Below are positions 1-12,000 of a stretch of 64,000 nt of DNA, in pieces; the first letter of the stretch is position 1, and every line of letters starts with the position of its first letter. The notes beneath the pieces were generated by a model. It made no database searches, had not been told where the DNA came from, and saw only the letters and a list, made by a program, of their open reading frames with translations. A program made the position numbers and the translations under genes. The stretch covers positions 12,586,001 through 12,650,000 of the forward strand of contig NW_026889803.1 in assembly GCF_033153115.1 (NCBI RefSeq), in the 5' to 3' direction. Source of the DNA: Saccostrea echinata. Taxonomy: Eukaryota.

Positions 1-244
1 AGAAATAATTCTATGCATCATATTAAGAGAAAATGTTATAAAAATGAAGGTATTAAAACATGATCACAAATGCAAAATTTAAGTCGAGCATTCTAATGAT
101 TCATATATTGTACAAAATGTAACATATCACAAATAAAAAATGAAAAGAAAAACAAAATAAAACATGGTTCAACAAGTTGTTCATGAGATAAACTCAAACT
201 AAAGTCAGACATCGATGTGGGATTTCGCAAACTGACTAAACAGA

Positions 245-2478
245 CTATATCCGCTGATACATGACGCGGCGGCGCCTCTTCGTCCTACAGCACAGGCAGA
301 TGACAAGGAAAGGAATGATAAGGATAGCAAAGAACACTCCTACGATGATGCCAATGATGGCGGCTGCTGTGAGGTACAACGCTGCACATAGTGAATTGTA
401 CTCATCGCTGCCGTCGCCGCAGTTGTTACGTTTGTTGCAGATGAGACCGACAGCGATACAGCGACCATTTTCACAGTGGAATTCATTGGAATAGCAGGGT
501 GCTGTAATTTTAAAAGACGTGATCAAGCCAATCGTATAAGAAAGGGGGATATGCTTACACTTGTTTTTTTTTTTAATTTTTCTCCTTATTTAACTAACTC
601 AACAATTAGCCAGCGTAAGAAGTGAATTTCAAAATCCTTAACTTTGATTTTGATGCAAATTTGATCGCCCGCATAATAAAAACTAATAGTCTGAGTGCAG
701 TTCTAGAACTCTCATCTTGAAAGTACAAATAAAATCCAGTATATATGTATACAGCATTTGTATTACAAGAAATTAGACTAAGCAATTGCATACCTTTGTG
801 AAATGGAGTAGCAAAAGCCTTAAATTTGATCCCTTGTTGTAAACCATGTGATTTCAGTTCTATTCCCATCTCTTTGTGAGCGGTGCTATTGGTGGCATAA
901 GTACTCTGATCCAAATGTCTTCCGCATAAATCCTGCTTATCTGGAAACGGAAACATAAAAACTTTCATTTAATATTTTAAAAATTATCCCTAAAAAGAAA
1001 TGCATTTAACAACGATTAAAAGATAGTACAGTGGCGTTAAAGTCTTGCATTAAAAGAAAGGAAAGAAAACACATAAGAAAAATACTTACTCAATTTTTCA
1101 GAGCCATCATAAATGTTGATACTATTATTTAGACATGCTCCTTCAATTCGTGGGGACAGTCTTATGTAATCAATCGTTAGAACCATCCCTGATTGGAGTA
1201 TTTCTGAATCTGTTCTGTTGGTAATGGTGGGTCTGAGATTCATTCTACAGTCAGTGATGTTTATAGGTGTAGACTCAGGAGCAAGCCTCACAATGCTTTC
1301 TTCAGAGATGTTTACGAGTTGATCACATTCTTGTGTAACATATACTGAAAATTTAAATTCCAAATTGAAAAAAATTTTTTTTTTTCAAACTTGGATAAAA
1401 TAAAAAAAAAAGTAATGCTAAATAAATAACACACACACACACACAAAACATATAAGTTACATGTTGCATACAGGGAAGAATTTGTTTCGTAGAATCCTAA
1501 CCTATAAACTTTCAAAAAATTGTAACATTTCGTTCACTTTTTTAATGCAGGGAAATACTGGTTTTTGTAAATCCGAACAATTCTGACAATAAAGTTTTAA
1601 AATGTTTTCCTTTAAATTCCCCATCAATCCTGTTAGTAGGCCCGCAAAGAGACAATGTACTCTTTTCTTAATCTTAAACTTCGACAAAAACTCTGAACGT
1701 ACATGCACAACACACATACATGTATTCAAGAGAATCAATTATTTTTTAGTCGAAATGTACATGTACAAAACACTCATTATATTCACTTGCATCAGTTATC
1801 TATATATCTATATAGTGCTTTAATGAGTCGAAATATTTCCGTGAATGTGTAATGTGAAATGTATACGTTTATTAGTCCTGTTTCTCTCATCGCCATGTTG
1901 AAAGTGCCATGAAACCTCAAGAGCACTATTGAAATAACAGTCGCTCCTAAAAAAAAATAGTTCCCAAACATGGGTTTAAAAAAAAAAGAATTGTACATGC
2001 CCCTCGACCCCTGTCTTCGCTAATCTCTACAAATATGGTCCGTTGTAGCCTCCATACTAATGTCTTTTTAAACCTGATCAAAACAAAGCATGTCAATTCA
2101 AGTCCTGATAGCTTTACATTAACTTTTCAGAAATATTTCTTCAATTCTTATTAAATTGTTTGATTAATTATTTTAATTTCCAATCCTTTGACTCTATATC
2201 ACTTGATCACTGAATAAAATTTGTTTTTCAAGTTAATTTTAAAAATCATATATTCCTTTTAACGTTAAGACCGTTTCTCCTAAAAATTAAAAAACAAAAT
2301 GTAAAATAGATCTACAGTAAGTGATGACTTCCTAAATCTAGATTATAGGCCTAGAATAAAAACTGTTCAATCCAGGAAGTAACCAAACTCGCTCACCTGT
2401 CGGGTGCTCACCACAAACACCACAGAGCAAAATAGTCGTTATAAAGGCTGAAACAGTGTAAATTAAAAATTCCCCCAT
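245..2478 (-). CDS. Single-pass membrane protein with signal peptide, divergent CUB domain, one LDL-receptor class A repeat and TM helix (246 aa, 4 exons)
   Basis: Exons 2478-2397, 1344-1090, 940-794, 501-245, all GT-AG, all introns phase 1, total 741 nt. Exon 1 [23 protein letters not shown] is signal-peptide-like. Exons 2-3 carry four Cys plus [22 protein letters not shown] and GIKFKAF (CUB-like pattern). Exon 4 has [37 protein letters not shown] (LDLa), hydrophobic [27 protein letters not shown] and basic tail [13 protein letters not shown]. Confidence 0.9.
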
Positions 2479-2660
2479 TGTAAGTTGTGAAATTGCTGGA
2501 ACGGTTCTTCGTTATGGATACTTATAAACTAAATTAAGATCACGTGCAGATGACATTAAATCTACTTTCGGTTGAGATGATTCTGCGTCATTGGTGTTCT
2601 ACGGAACACTGACCTCGTTAAAATTACGTATCTAGCAGTGTCTAGGCATTTATGTAAGTT
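2479..2660. promoter_or_regulatory. Putative proximal promoter of the CUB-LDLa gene, possibly shared with the divergent gene A
   Basis: Immediately upstream of the minus-strand ATG. Contains CACGTG (2541-2546), a TGCGTCA CRE-like half site (2584-2590), locally raised CpG, and a plus-strand GTAAGT donor-like site at 2654. Confidence 0.35.
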
Positions 2661-2899
2661 GTTGGCCGCATCAGGATAATGATTTGAAGGACTGGGGATT
2701 CATAATTGGCGTACTAGGAATACATGTATTTAATTGTTAAAAATATGTAGACTTCCTGAGCATGACTACCCTAGCATAAACATATGAATGTCTATTTGAT
2801 GTAAACTGTAAAAGGGTGGGTTATATTTGGTATTTTCCATTTTTTTTTCAAATATAAATAAGAAAAAATCATGCTCTTAAAACTCTGTTTTGTTTGCAG

Positions 2900-3087
2900 T
2901 GCATTCCAACGTGATTTTTCATTGGTATTTGTCATCGATTATGACGTCACATTCCTTAGTATGCTTACGTTGTGTTGTGGTTACCTCTCACTCTAGCGAC
3001 ATAAGTCAAATTAATCGGACGCATTCTTGCAACGCTCCCGTTTTTTCTGAAAATTCAGCTGCTCAGAGTAAAGAATTAACATAGAAG
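2900..3087 (+). promoter_or_regulatory. Conserved 5' block of gene A (promoter/5' UTR) with perfect CRE and reverse CCAAT
   Basis: TGACGTCA at 2942-2949 and ATTGG at 2921-2925. The block aligns with 59298-59472 upstream of paralog B, and both motifs are retained there. Confidence 0.5.
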
Positions 3088-6000
3088 ATGCATGAAAGTA
3101 CAGATATGAGGGTAATGCCTCAAGCTGTTTGTTTTCTTTTGTGAAAAATCATTTAGAACTGATTTCATTAGTAATACATATTTTCTCGGGGAGGGATGAG
3201 AGTGGGGAAGAGAGATGTAAGGGGCTTTACTGAGGATATTCTGACATCGTAGCACCCATTCTTTCACACACACACCCATTGTCAGTATCTACTGGCTTTT
3301 TTTTTTATTATTGTACATGTATGTGTTTGCTTTTGCCGGAGGAACTCGTATGAAATCATGACTGTATATTTTATATTTATTTTATAAGATTAGTAAATTG
3401 ATGTCCATCTTTTGTTGCTCATTATTTAGGTTTCAAAATATACTATACATTTATAATAAAGTAATTGAAATAAATATAATGCAATAAAATTCTTTCTTCC
3501 CAATAGGTTAAAAGAAACAGTTTTTCGTATATACTTGGTATGGAATAGAAAAGCAAAATATTTTCCTAGCTTTACATTATTTTGGACGTTGTTATTGACA
3601 ACGTCAATTTGTTCTAGCTAAATACATCATGTAGTGCACGAAGAATGTAGGAATTTTAGGAGGGGGGGGGGGTAAATATATTTTTTACAAGTTTCATAGT
3701 TTTGAATTTCTTAAATTGCAAAACTTTAATGTAACACAAGCAAAGATGAGGGTGTTATCAGATCTCTCACAAGGATTTATTATGCTGAAAATTGATTGAA
3801 ATTTTAGTTCAAAAGGCAATGTTTTGACGGTGATATAATATAGCCTATACATAGTTTATGACTATTTCTAACCAAAAAGAAAAAATGAATGATTTTCTTT
3901 GGAAGGGGATGGGGTGCGGGTGAGTAGTGATTACTGAGTTGAGTTGACTAAAAACAGACTCTGCGAACATATGCAGATTCTTGTATTTGCGACAAATTTT
4001 CAAAATAAACAATAAAGTAAGAAATAGTCAGGAAATCGGAGGAATTATCATGAAACTGTGTATTTAACAAATTGTCCTCAACACATCAAATGAGCACTTA
4101 AGCATGTTAGCCTATTACAATAAGTACTGGATTTTATTTATAATTTATAATCCCTCATTTACAGATCCAGAGATAATTCAGGTGCATGTTTATTGTCATG
4201 TATGTTATCAAACAGCTTAAAAAAAAGACTCCTTATAACTAAAAACAAGTACATACATGTCAGACATAATAGTATCGTTTTTGAAGGGCGGGGGGGGGGG
4301 TAATGAAAACTTACCTGAAAAACTTTAACAAGCAAAAAAATAAAAATTAAATAAAAAAAAAATAAATAAATAAATTGAAAATCCTTTTTCGTAGAGGTGA
4401 GGATAGGGGTTGTTCCAACTTTCCTTCACAACCTAATTATCAAATTATATTAAATACATTACCAAACTACCATGATTTAACCATGCTGCACCAAAAAGTT
4501 GGGGCGGTCTTTCAATGAACGTTTTCAAAAGTAAAACGTTATCTTTGGAAAATAGTGGGGGGGGGGGGGGGGAGCCCCCTCCCATTGTACTAAGTGCCAT
4601 GGGCACGTAGTACAATGTTATGCTCTTTAATACATTTCAGAAGTGTGACGATCCAGCCAAAGCCTCGCCAGAAACCACTACTCCGCCATCCTTCGACGAG
4701 GTACGGTACAGAATTTTCATATACAAGTACAGCTTTATATTCGAAATGTAATTTTACAAACATGTAAAATTATTATGATCATAACCATTTGTAATAATGA
4801 ATGGCTGGCATATGAGCGTATCCTTTTCTCTGTTTTGTAGGTTGTTGCCAAGTGGAGAAAGAGGCCATGGAGATACAACAGAGTCTGGCGGAAAGACCAG
4901 AAATGGACAAGAGAGGTGAATATAATATTTATACAGCTTTATATTCATAAATAACCGGTAAATGGATACATTGCCATTTTAACAGATAATAATTAAAATG
5001 CTGTTTTAGAAAAAATTCTGATACTAAATGCAAGCTTTTGATAACTTGATAAACACATCTATAAAGAGAGAGCGAGGGGGGTGGGGGTAACATGATGGAA
5101 CACTTTTTTGATTATATATAAGCCATAGATCAAAATTACATGCACCTCCTTTGATTTTAGGGACTGACCCCTTCCGAACATCAGAAGGCGCCAATTGTCT
5201 CTAAGGAACAAAGTGATCAACCTACACGGGTGGTACCTGTACCCAAACAGGTGTGTTGAATGATAGTCAATCAATAAAGTCTCATTGTGTTCATCATCCA
5301 TTTAATGTTTTTAATCCACCTGTAAAAGTGATAGATATGTAAGAAATTACAGCAAGTACATGATAATGATTTTTTTCTCAGAAGCTTGATGATCTCTCCA
5401 AAGAACTGGAAACCACAACTTCACCACCCTGGCCTGATGAGGTACGCTGTACAAATTTGACTAAATAATGTGATGGTTAAAATCAAAACAGGTGTATGTA
5501 ATTCATAGACATTTATTTGAAAGTGTAAGATTAGTTTATCCAATGTTTAGGTACTTTTTGGTTATTAAAAGTATTAATGTTCATAATACATTCTTTGTAT
5601 TGTAGGTTGTTCCCAAGCGACGAAAGAGACCCTGGAGGTACAACAAGGTCTGGAGTAAAGATCGGAAATGGACAAGAGAGGTGATATTCATCAACTTGGA
5701 AGGGGGGGGGGGGGTGACAATCTAAAATAATGAATAAAGAAAAGAATTGAATAGAATAATTATGCGAATAAAATAATTATGCGGTATTAATATGTAAATG
5801 GAGATTTTACAATTAAAAAAATAATTGTTATAAAGAAACATTTGTGATAAATGAAACACACTTCAGATAAATGGATATTTTTTAAACGCATCTTGGAGAG
5901 AGAGAGAATATGAATCATAAAAGAATCACTGAATGAAATAAACATAGTGTATTTTAGGAGCAGACTCAGCCACAGAAAGTACAACCCTCCGCCCCGGTAC

Positions 6001-9000
6001 AAAAGGAGCAACCCACAAAGGTGGTACCAGTCAGAGCTCCCAAACAGGTACAATTGTAATTAATCAAGTGTATATTACCATGGAAACTTTATCTTTTTAC
6101 ATTTTAATCATATGAAGGTCGATAACCCGTATGACTGAATTTTTTTGGTTGAAAAAAAAAATCCACCTTCCTCATTGTATTGGGTTAGTTAAGGATTGGG
6201 GGTTTGAAACTGCCTCCCAAAACAACCATTTTATAGCCTATCCTTACATGAAAAAATATAAAGGTTTTACAGTATTATGAACTTATTTTTTAGCCTGAGC
6301 CACCCAAGTTTTTGAGAAGATACTGGCGAATCAACAGGTTTTGGAGGAAGGACATGGTGTGGACAAAAAAGGTAAACATACAATTGTCCTCTGCGAGTTG
6401 GACAGAAATTAAATCTTCTCAACATAATTATAAAATTTTGAGTCGTATATATCTTTATATCAAGAAACCATGTTTATATTAATATTATTACCAGTTCTCT
6501 GAGTTTAGAAATATAAACTTTCGAACATGGCGGGACTCTCAGACAACTTTGAGATATCTGAGAGCTCTAAATATCGAGTTTAGAATCCGTGATTGTAATG
6601 ATGTTGGGATGGTCGATTCACCCATTTTGCAAGTTATTCGACATATCGGTGATCGAGATATCGGACTTTTAACATCAATTCTCTGTAAGGACCAAAATTT
6701 TACTGTAGGGCTGTGGCACACACCATGAGCGATTTTCATGAAACTTTTTCAGTTGATTAATGCCCATACACTATGACATAATCAACATTCAAAATTAAAG
6801 TTACTACCTTGGTTGCCATGGTAACGGGCCAATATAGATTTTGTCCCCATTTACTCTCAATTCAAGCATAAAAATGCTATATACTTGATTTCTTGTGGTT
6901 TAATCATCTTTATTATTTTGAGATAATTCATACATTATATGAATAGAACAAATGAAGCACTATATAACACAATAAAAAAAATTCTACAAGTCACCTGCAA
7001 ATTCTTCAATTGATGGCTCAAAGATGACCAAATTCTTACATTTTGAAAATGGTCGTTTTTACCCTATATTTCAAGAAGTCTTTCAAGAAATGCAGGCAAT
7101 TCAAGAAAAAATCACCTGAAATTTTAAAAACACCATAATAATATTAGTTAACTTTTATGAAAAGTGGAGTGGGGATTTTTTTCGTTTTCGGTATTTTTAA
7201 CTTCGAAAATTGGCATTTTGCCAAATAATATTTTGTTCAAAATGTTACTAGACACTGGTTGTTTTATAAAATTTCTTTTCCAAACATTTTTCTCACTAAT
7301 AAATAAGACAAACGGAATGATTAGTAAATATCATTAAAGATAATAAATAGGATAAAACAAAATTAAATGAATTATTATTGTTTCTCTATGATCCTTTACA
7401 AAGGGCAGATAACTCAAAATCTAATGAAAATTAGCTATTCAACTTTTCACTGGAACTTATTTCAGTAAACAACATTTTCAAATACTAGGTAAAAAATGGA
7501 AAAAGATAATGGATTAAAACTCTAATGATACTTTTCAACCAAAAATGATAAATAAATAATAAATTATTAGTTTTTCATGCATAGGTAGGTAGATACAGTG
7601 TATTAATTTAGCAGGTTTGAAATTTGATAAGCTAATGTTAATTTCCTCCTTTTAAATTTTGCTTGTTCCCAGATGCAAATCTTTAGATGTCAATTTTATT
7701 TGGTTAAAGAAATTTAGAATTATTTAGACTGACCATAAATTAACACCCCATTAAAAATAATACCATTAATGTATAGTCTTACAATCAGAAAACATACACA
7801 TATTCATGTGAATATGTATAATTTTATCGTTACTTTTAAAAACAGTTTGTTTTTTTTTTCAAATTATTAATCAAGCAATAATCTACATCTAAACATTATC
7901 CAAAATGTGTATTTAGAGATAAACAAAATGTAGAAAATAGCTGCTATATAGCAATTTTGTAGACAATAGGAACAGCTAGGCTTGATGTTTCCATGATTTC
8001 TCTTTACATCAGAGGTTGACCATTATGTGGTGTTGTGTCTGACCAGTCAAGAAGAATTTTAAATGGGTTTGAAAAGTGATACTTGAAATAATCATCTTCA
8101 TCTTTTCCCCTGAAAAAAAAACATACATGTATACTTTAATCAAAAATCAATTGTTTAATATCTACTACATTTTTCATGTGATAACAAATACAAGTATATA
8201 AGCATATCTATTTTTATCAAAATGTATATAATACTAAGCTAGTAGTTAGTATTTACATCTTGAAATAAATTGCCTCAAAATTCCTGCATGTGTACTTAAA
8301 AAGCAGGCTTCATATCACAGGTGCTTGGGGACGGGACCCCCCCCCCCCCCCCCCCATAAAAATTCATACTCTCGGATACTAAAAGAGAACTTTAGTATCA
8401 GAGATTATGAATTTTAATAAAAGGTTAGTTTTAGATTATATTTTGGATTTTTGAATTGTAATACTTTGTGAATGTGTAATAGAAATGTATTTTATTATAA
8501 AAAAAGTCGGGGAGAACCCTTGGAGTATGGAACGCGGGGGAGGGGGTCCCATTCCCAAGCACCTGTGCTTCATATTTTATTGCCTTTAACGCAGACAACA
8601 ATGCACCAATTAATGAATACCTTAACTAAATCATTAATAAATACAATACATGCCGCAGACGTATGTAGCGCTAATTCATGATTACTCCATACCCAGTGAT
8701 TGCGCTAAATTTTGAATACGCCAATTTATGTACACATACAGTATTTTCAGTGTAGCCAATCGCAAGATAAAAGTAACTGAAACAATTTACCATCACCTAC
8801 TCCAAAAGCTGTCCCCATGCTCAAACAGAATCTTCTCCAAAAGAATATTGTTCAGGGAAGATACTGTCCAATGTTCAATTCTCACAGTCAATTGCAAGGT
8901 TTCTGTCTCCATTAGTTAATTTTGTAACTGCCTCCTGCTTCTGGTATATAGCCTTTGTGTTGAATAATGATGATAAAAACACAAGAATAAAGGTTCTTTC

Positions 9001-12000
9001 CCAAGCATTTGCAACTATATCAATCATTACTGTATACTGGATATTTCTATTTGTAGTTAATTTATACATATAGGCCTATGCAATTTTCTTGTATAAATCA
9101 TATGCATTAGGGATAATCNNNNNNNNNNNNNNNNNNNNNNNNNNNNNNNNNNNNNNNNNNNNNNNNNNNNNNNNNNNNNNNNNNNNNNNNNNNNNNNNNN
9201 NNNNNNNNNNNNNNNNNNNNNNNNNNNNNNNNNNNNNNNNNNNNNNNNNNNATACATATTCAATGTATGAACTTGTACTCACAAGCGAAACTTTCCTGAA
9301 CAAGTTCTGATTGAATATTTATAAATTATACCCACCATAAATTTGCTTGTGAATTAAGATTATCTTAAAAGTTTGATAAAGCATACATCAAGTGAAAAAA
9401 GAAAATTGAATTAATTAAATTATAGTGTACTTACAGTTGCTCATATATCCTTCATCGTTGTACTATTTGAGTGCAACCTTTCATAAGTGATGCTCCTGTG
9501 TCACAGTCCTAAATTATATTATATTTTTATCTTATTAGTTTGTATTTATAGCTGCAGTTAAATATGTTTGTTCTTTTACAGTGAATCGGAATTATATGAC
9601 TTCTTTTTAGGCTAAATTTTTTTTTTATGTGTTTCCGTTAAGTCGACCATCTCTAATTTTTACCCACCACCAACTACTTTTTTGGCCAAATTAGATTTTA
9701 AACTGTACCAATGGCGGATTTAGAGGGGGGTCCAGCCCCCCCCCCCCTTTGTGTCCAAAATATACATCAGATTTCAGATTTAATAAATCAATTTTTTTGG
9801 TGTGGCCTTGAGCCAGTATCCCGAGACCACACTGGTCCCCCCCCCTTTTCAAGATTCCTGGAACCGCCACTGTGTACAATGTTTCCAAAAATATATAATT
9901 TTTTTATATAGCCTTGTGTATATTTTTTATTACATACAAACTTACATCTTCTAAAATATTCTCCTCCTTTTGATAAACTTTGTTGTTATGATTTGCCAAA
10001 GTAAGTTGCTTTCTGAAGCAAGCAAAAATTCCTATAATGCAAATATATTAATAAGATGTATATATCTGGAATATCCTGCTAACATGGTGATCTTTGAATA
10101 TAGACCAATTAAGTCTATTATATAAAAAAAATTATTTAAAATGTCAATTTATTTGAAAAAAGCTTCTTACGTGTAGTTTTTATACAAAATGAATATTTGA
10201 AAACATTCAAATTCATACCTGTGCCTAGGGTTGTTCTAACCATTCCCACTGACTGCCCTATCTTCTGCTTGTTGTTTTCCTCCAATTGCATCTTGTATTT
10301 TTCTCATGGGTTTTAGAGTACATGGAATCCCACATGATGGGAATGCAAGTCAGACCTCATAAAATTTGTTTCAATATTTTGCAAAGTGAATTTGACATTA
10401 AAAATCTATTATCATAATAAAGACCTGTACATCATTATCAAGTTGAATGCTGAGAAAGCAGTGTCTCCTTCATTTGATGAATTCCTTTGCCATTCACACC
10501 CGAATTCCAATTTAAAAAGTTGAAAAACACATCATTTTTCCGTTATTGTTTCATGTTTATTTTTCTGGCGTCTGTTTTTGCCACATGTTGTTATAAACTT
10601 CTTTAGACTTCAATACAGGAGAGTCAACAAAGGGAAATAACACCAGTTTAATTTTTTGTCTTCAGTGCAAAAGAGTCAGCAAAGGGAAATAACTCTAGGT
10701 TAATTTTTAGGAAAAGTTATAATTTGAGGGGATTGGAATATGACTTTTAACTGATTTCCCCACCTCAAATCTTTTTGCATCTTTTAGATCTAAGCTTGAT
10801 CTTACTAAAAAGATCTTTTTTCTAAGTTTCAATTGCCTGCAAAATTTAATATGCATATCAAGAAATAGGCACCTTTGTATTCATTTTTATGACAAATTCA
10901 TGTAAATTGATCTGTATCATATTAAAAACCTTGGGTTAAATTGAATAAAATTTAGATGCACAGAAACTTTGATTACTTAGCTGTAAAATGAAACCCATGT
11001 TATGTTCATAACTTTCCTACATTAAGGAAGCACGGAATTATTTTACATGGTGATGACAATCAGGTCAGTTTTGCCATGACAAAATATTTCAAAGTCGTTG
11101 CTATGGAAACCAAGGAGGTACTGTCCAAAATTTACCCACCAATAGTCTTTATATAGGGCACTCTCTAATATTATAGTGATAAAATAAAATTCCATGATAG
11201 TGCGTGGCCAAGCATTTTTGGTCCTTACAGAGAATTGATGTTAAAATACACAAAACAAACCTGAGTCCAAACTGCAGCAGCAAAATTGCACTGTGCCAGC
11301 ACAGCAGGATCAAGATGATGCTGGCAAGCAGTTTTGTGGAATTCTGGGTAAAAATATCAAAGGTAAACTTTTCAAAAATTTAGATTTGATCATTCTTTTT
11401 AGAACTTGTATATTCATCGTGCATGTAAATTGCTAAATATATGTGTATATTGATCTATGGTCAATTTCTATTTTAGGAAACTAATTTAAAATAATTACTT
11501 TACTATTGTTTTGGGAGGACTTATGTGGCATTAATAGTCTTTATTGATCTAAAAAAATGAGCAAATAAGCAGAGAAAAATGTCTATGGCTCGATAAAGAA
11601 AGTCATGTAGGATCATCAAAATTTGCTACATATCCCAAGTATTGAAATTACTTATCTATGAATTAGTATGCACACACAAAGGGCAAAAATGATCATAATA
11701 TAACACAATTTTCCCATTTAAGAGGATCCTTGCTACATTTTTTGAAAGTATATCTTCAGAGTAGGTGTTAAAAAAGTAGAGCAGTAGAAACACATTTTTT
11801 CGGTCAACAAATTAAAACGTGAAGCGAAGATTCATAATGTCCTAAAACTACACTTTTATGACACAACCTTTATATATTTCTGAGAAATACATGTATTTGA
11901 AGTCCATTATTCAAGGTCCATATCACAAACAAGATCTTAATACCATAGCCTGTTAATGAGTTGCGTGGTCTAGTGGTTGACATGTCAATCTCTAGGAAAA

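Larger units (their letters stand above)
6673..11240. mobile_element. 4.6-kb non-autonomous TIR DNA transposon flanked by TTAA, in an intron of gene A
   Basis: Perfect 25-bp TIR CATCAATTCTCTGTAAGGACCAAAA at 6673 and its reverse complement ending at 11240. TTAA on both sides (6669-6672, 11241-11244). Imperfect subterminal match tactaccttggttgccatggtaacg (about 6802) vs the reverse complement of cgttgctatggaaaccaaggaggta (about 11096). No intact transposase ORF. Confidence 0.85.

Noticed and set aside
261-494. Plus-strand 77-aa ORF
   Set aside because: Antisense shadow of the LDLa/TM exon.
4165-4181. Possible microexon in intron 1 of gene A (B counterpart 60599-60607, AGATCTCAG)
   Set aside because: 9 nt and in frame in B, but 11 or 17 nt with a weak GTGCAT donor in A, so the frame is not conserved.
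4841-6371. Trp/Arg-rich repeats as secreted antimicrobial peptides released at RRKR sites
   Set aside because: No signal peptide in either paralog, Pro follows the basic cluster, and the C-terminus looks like NLS plus NES.
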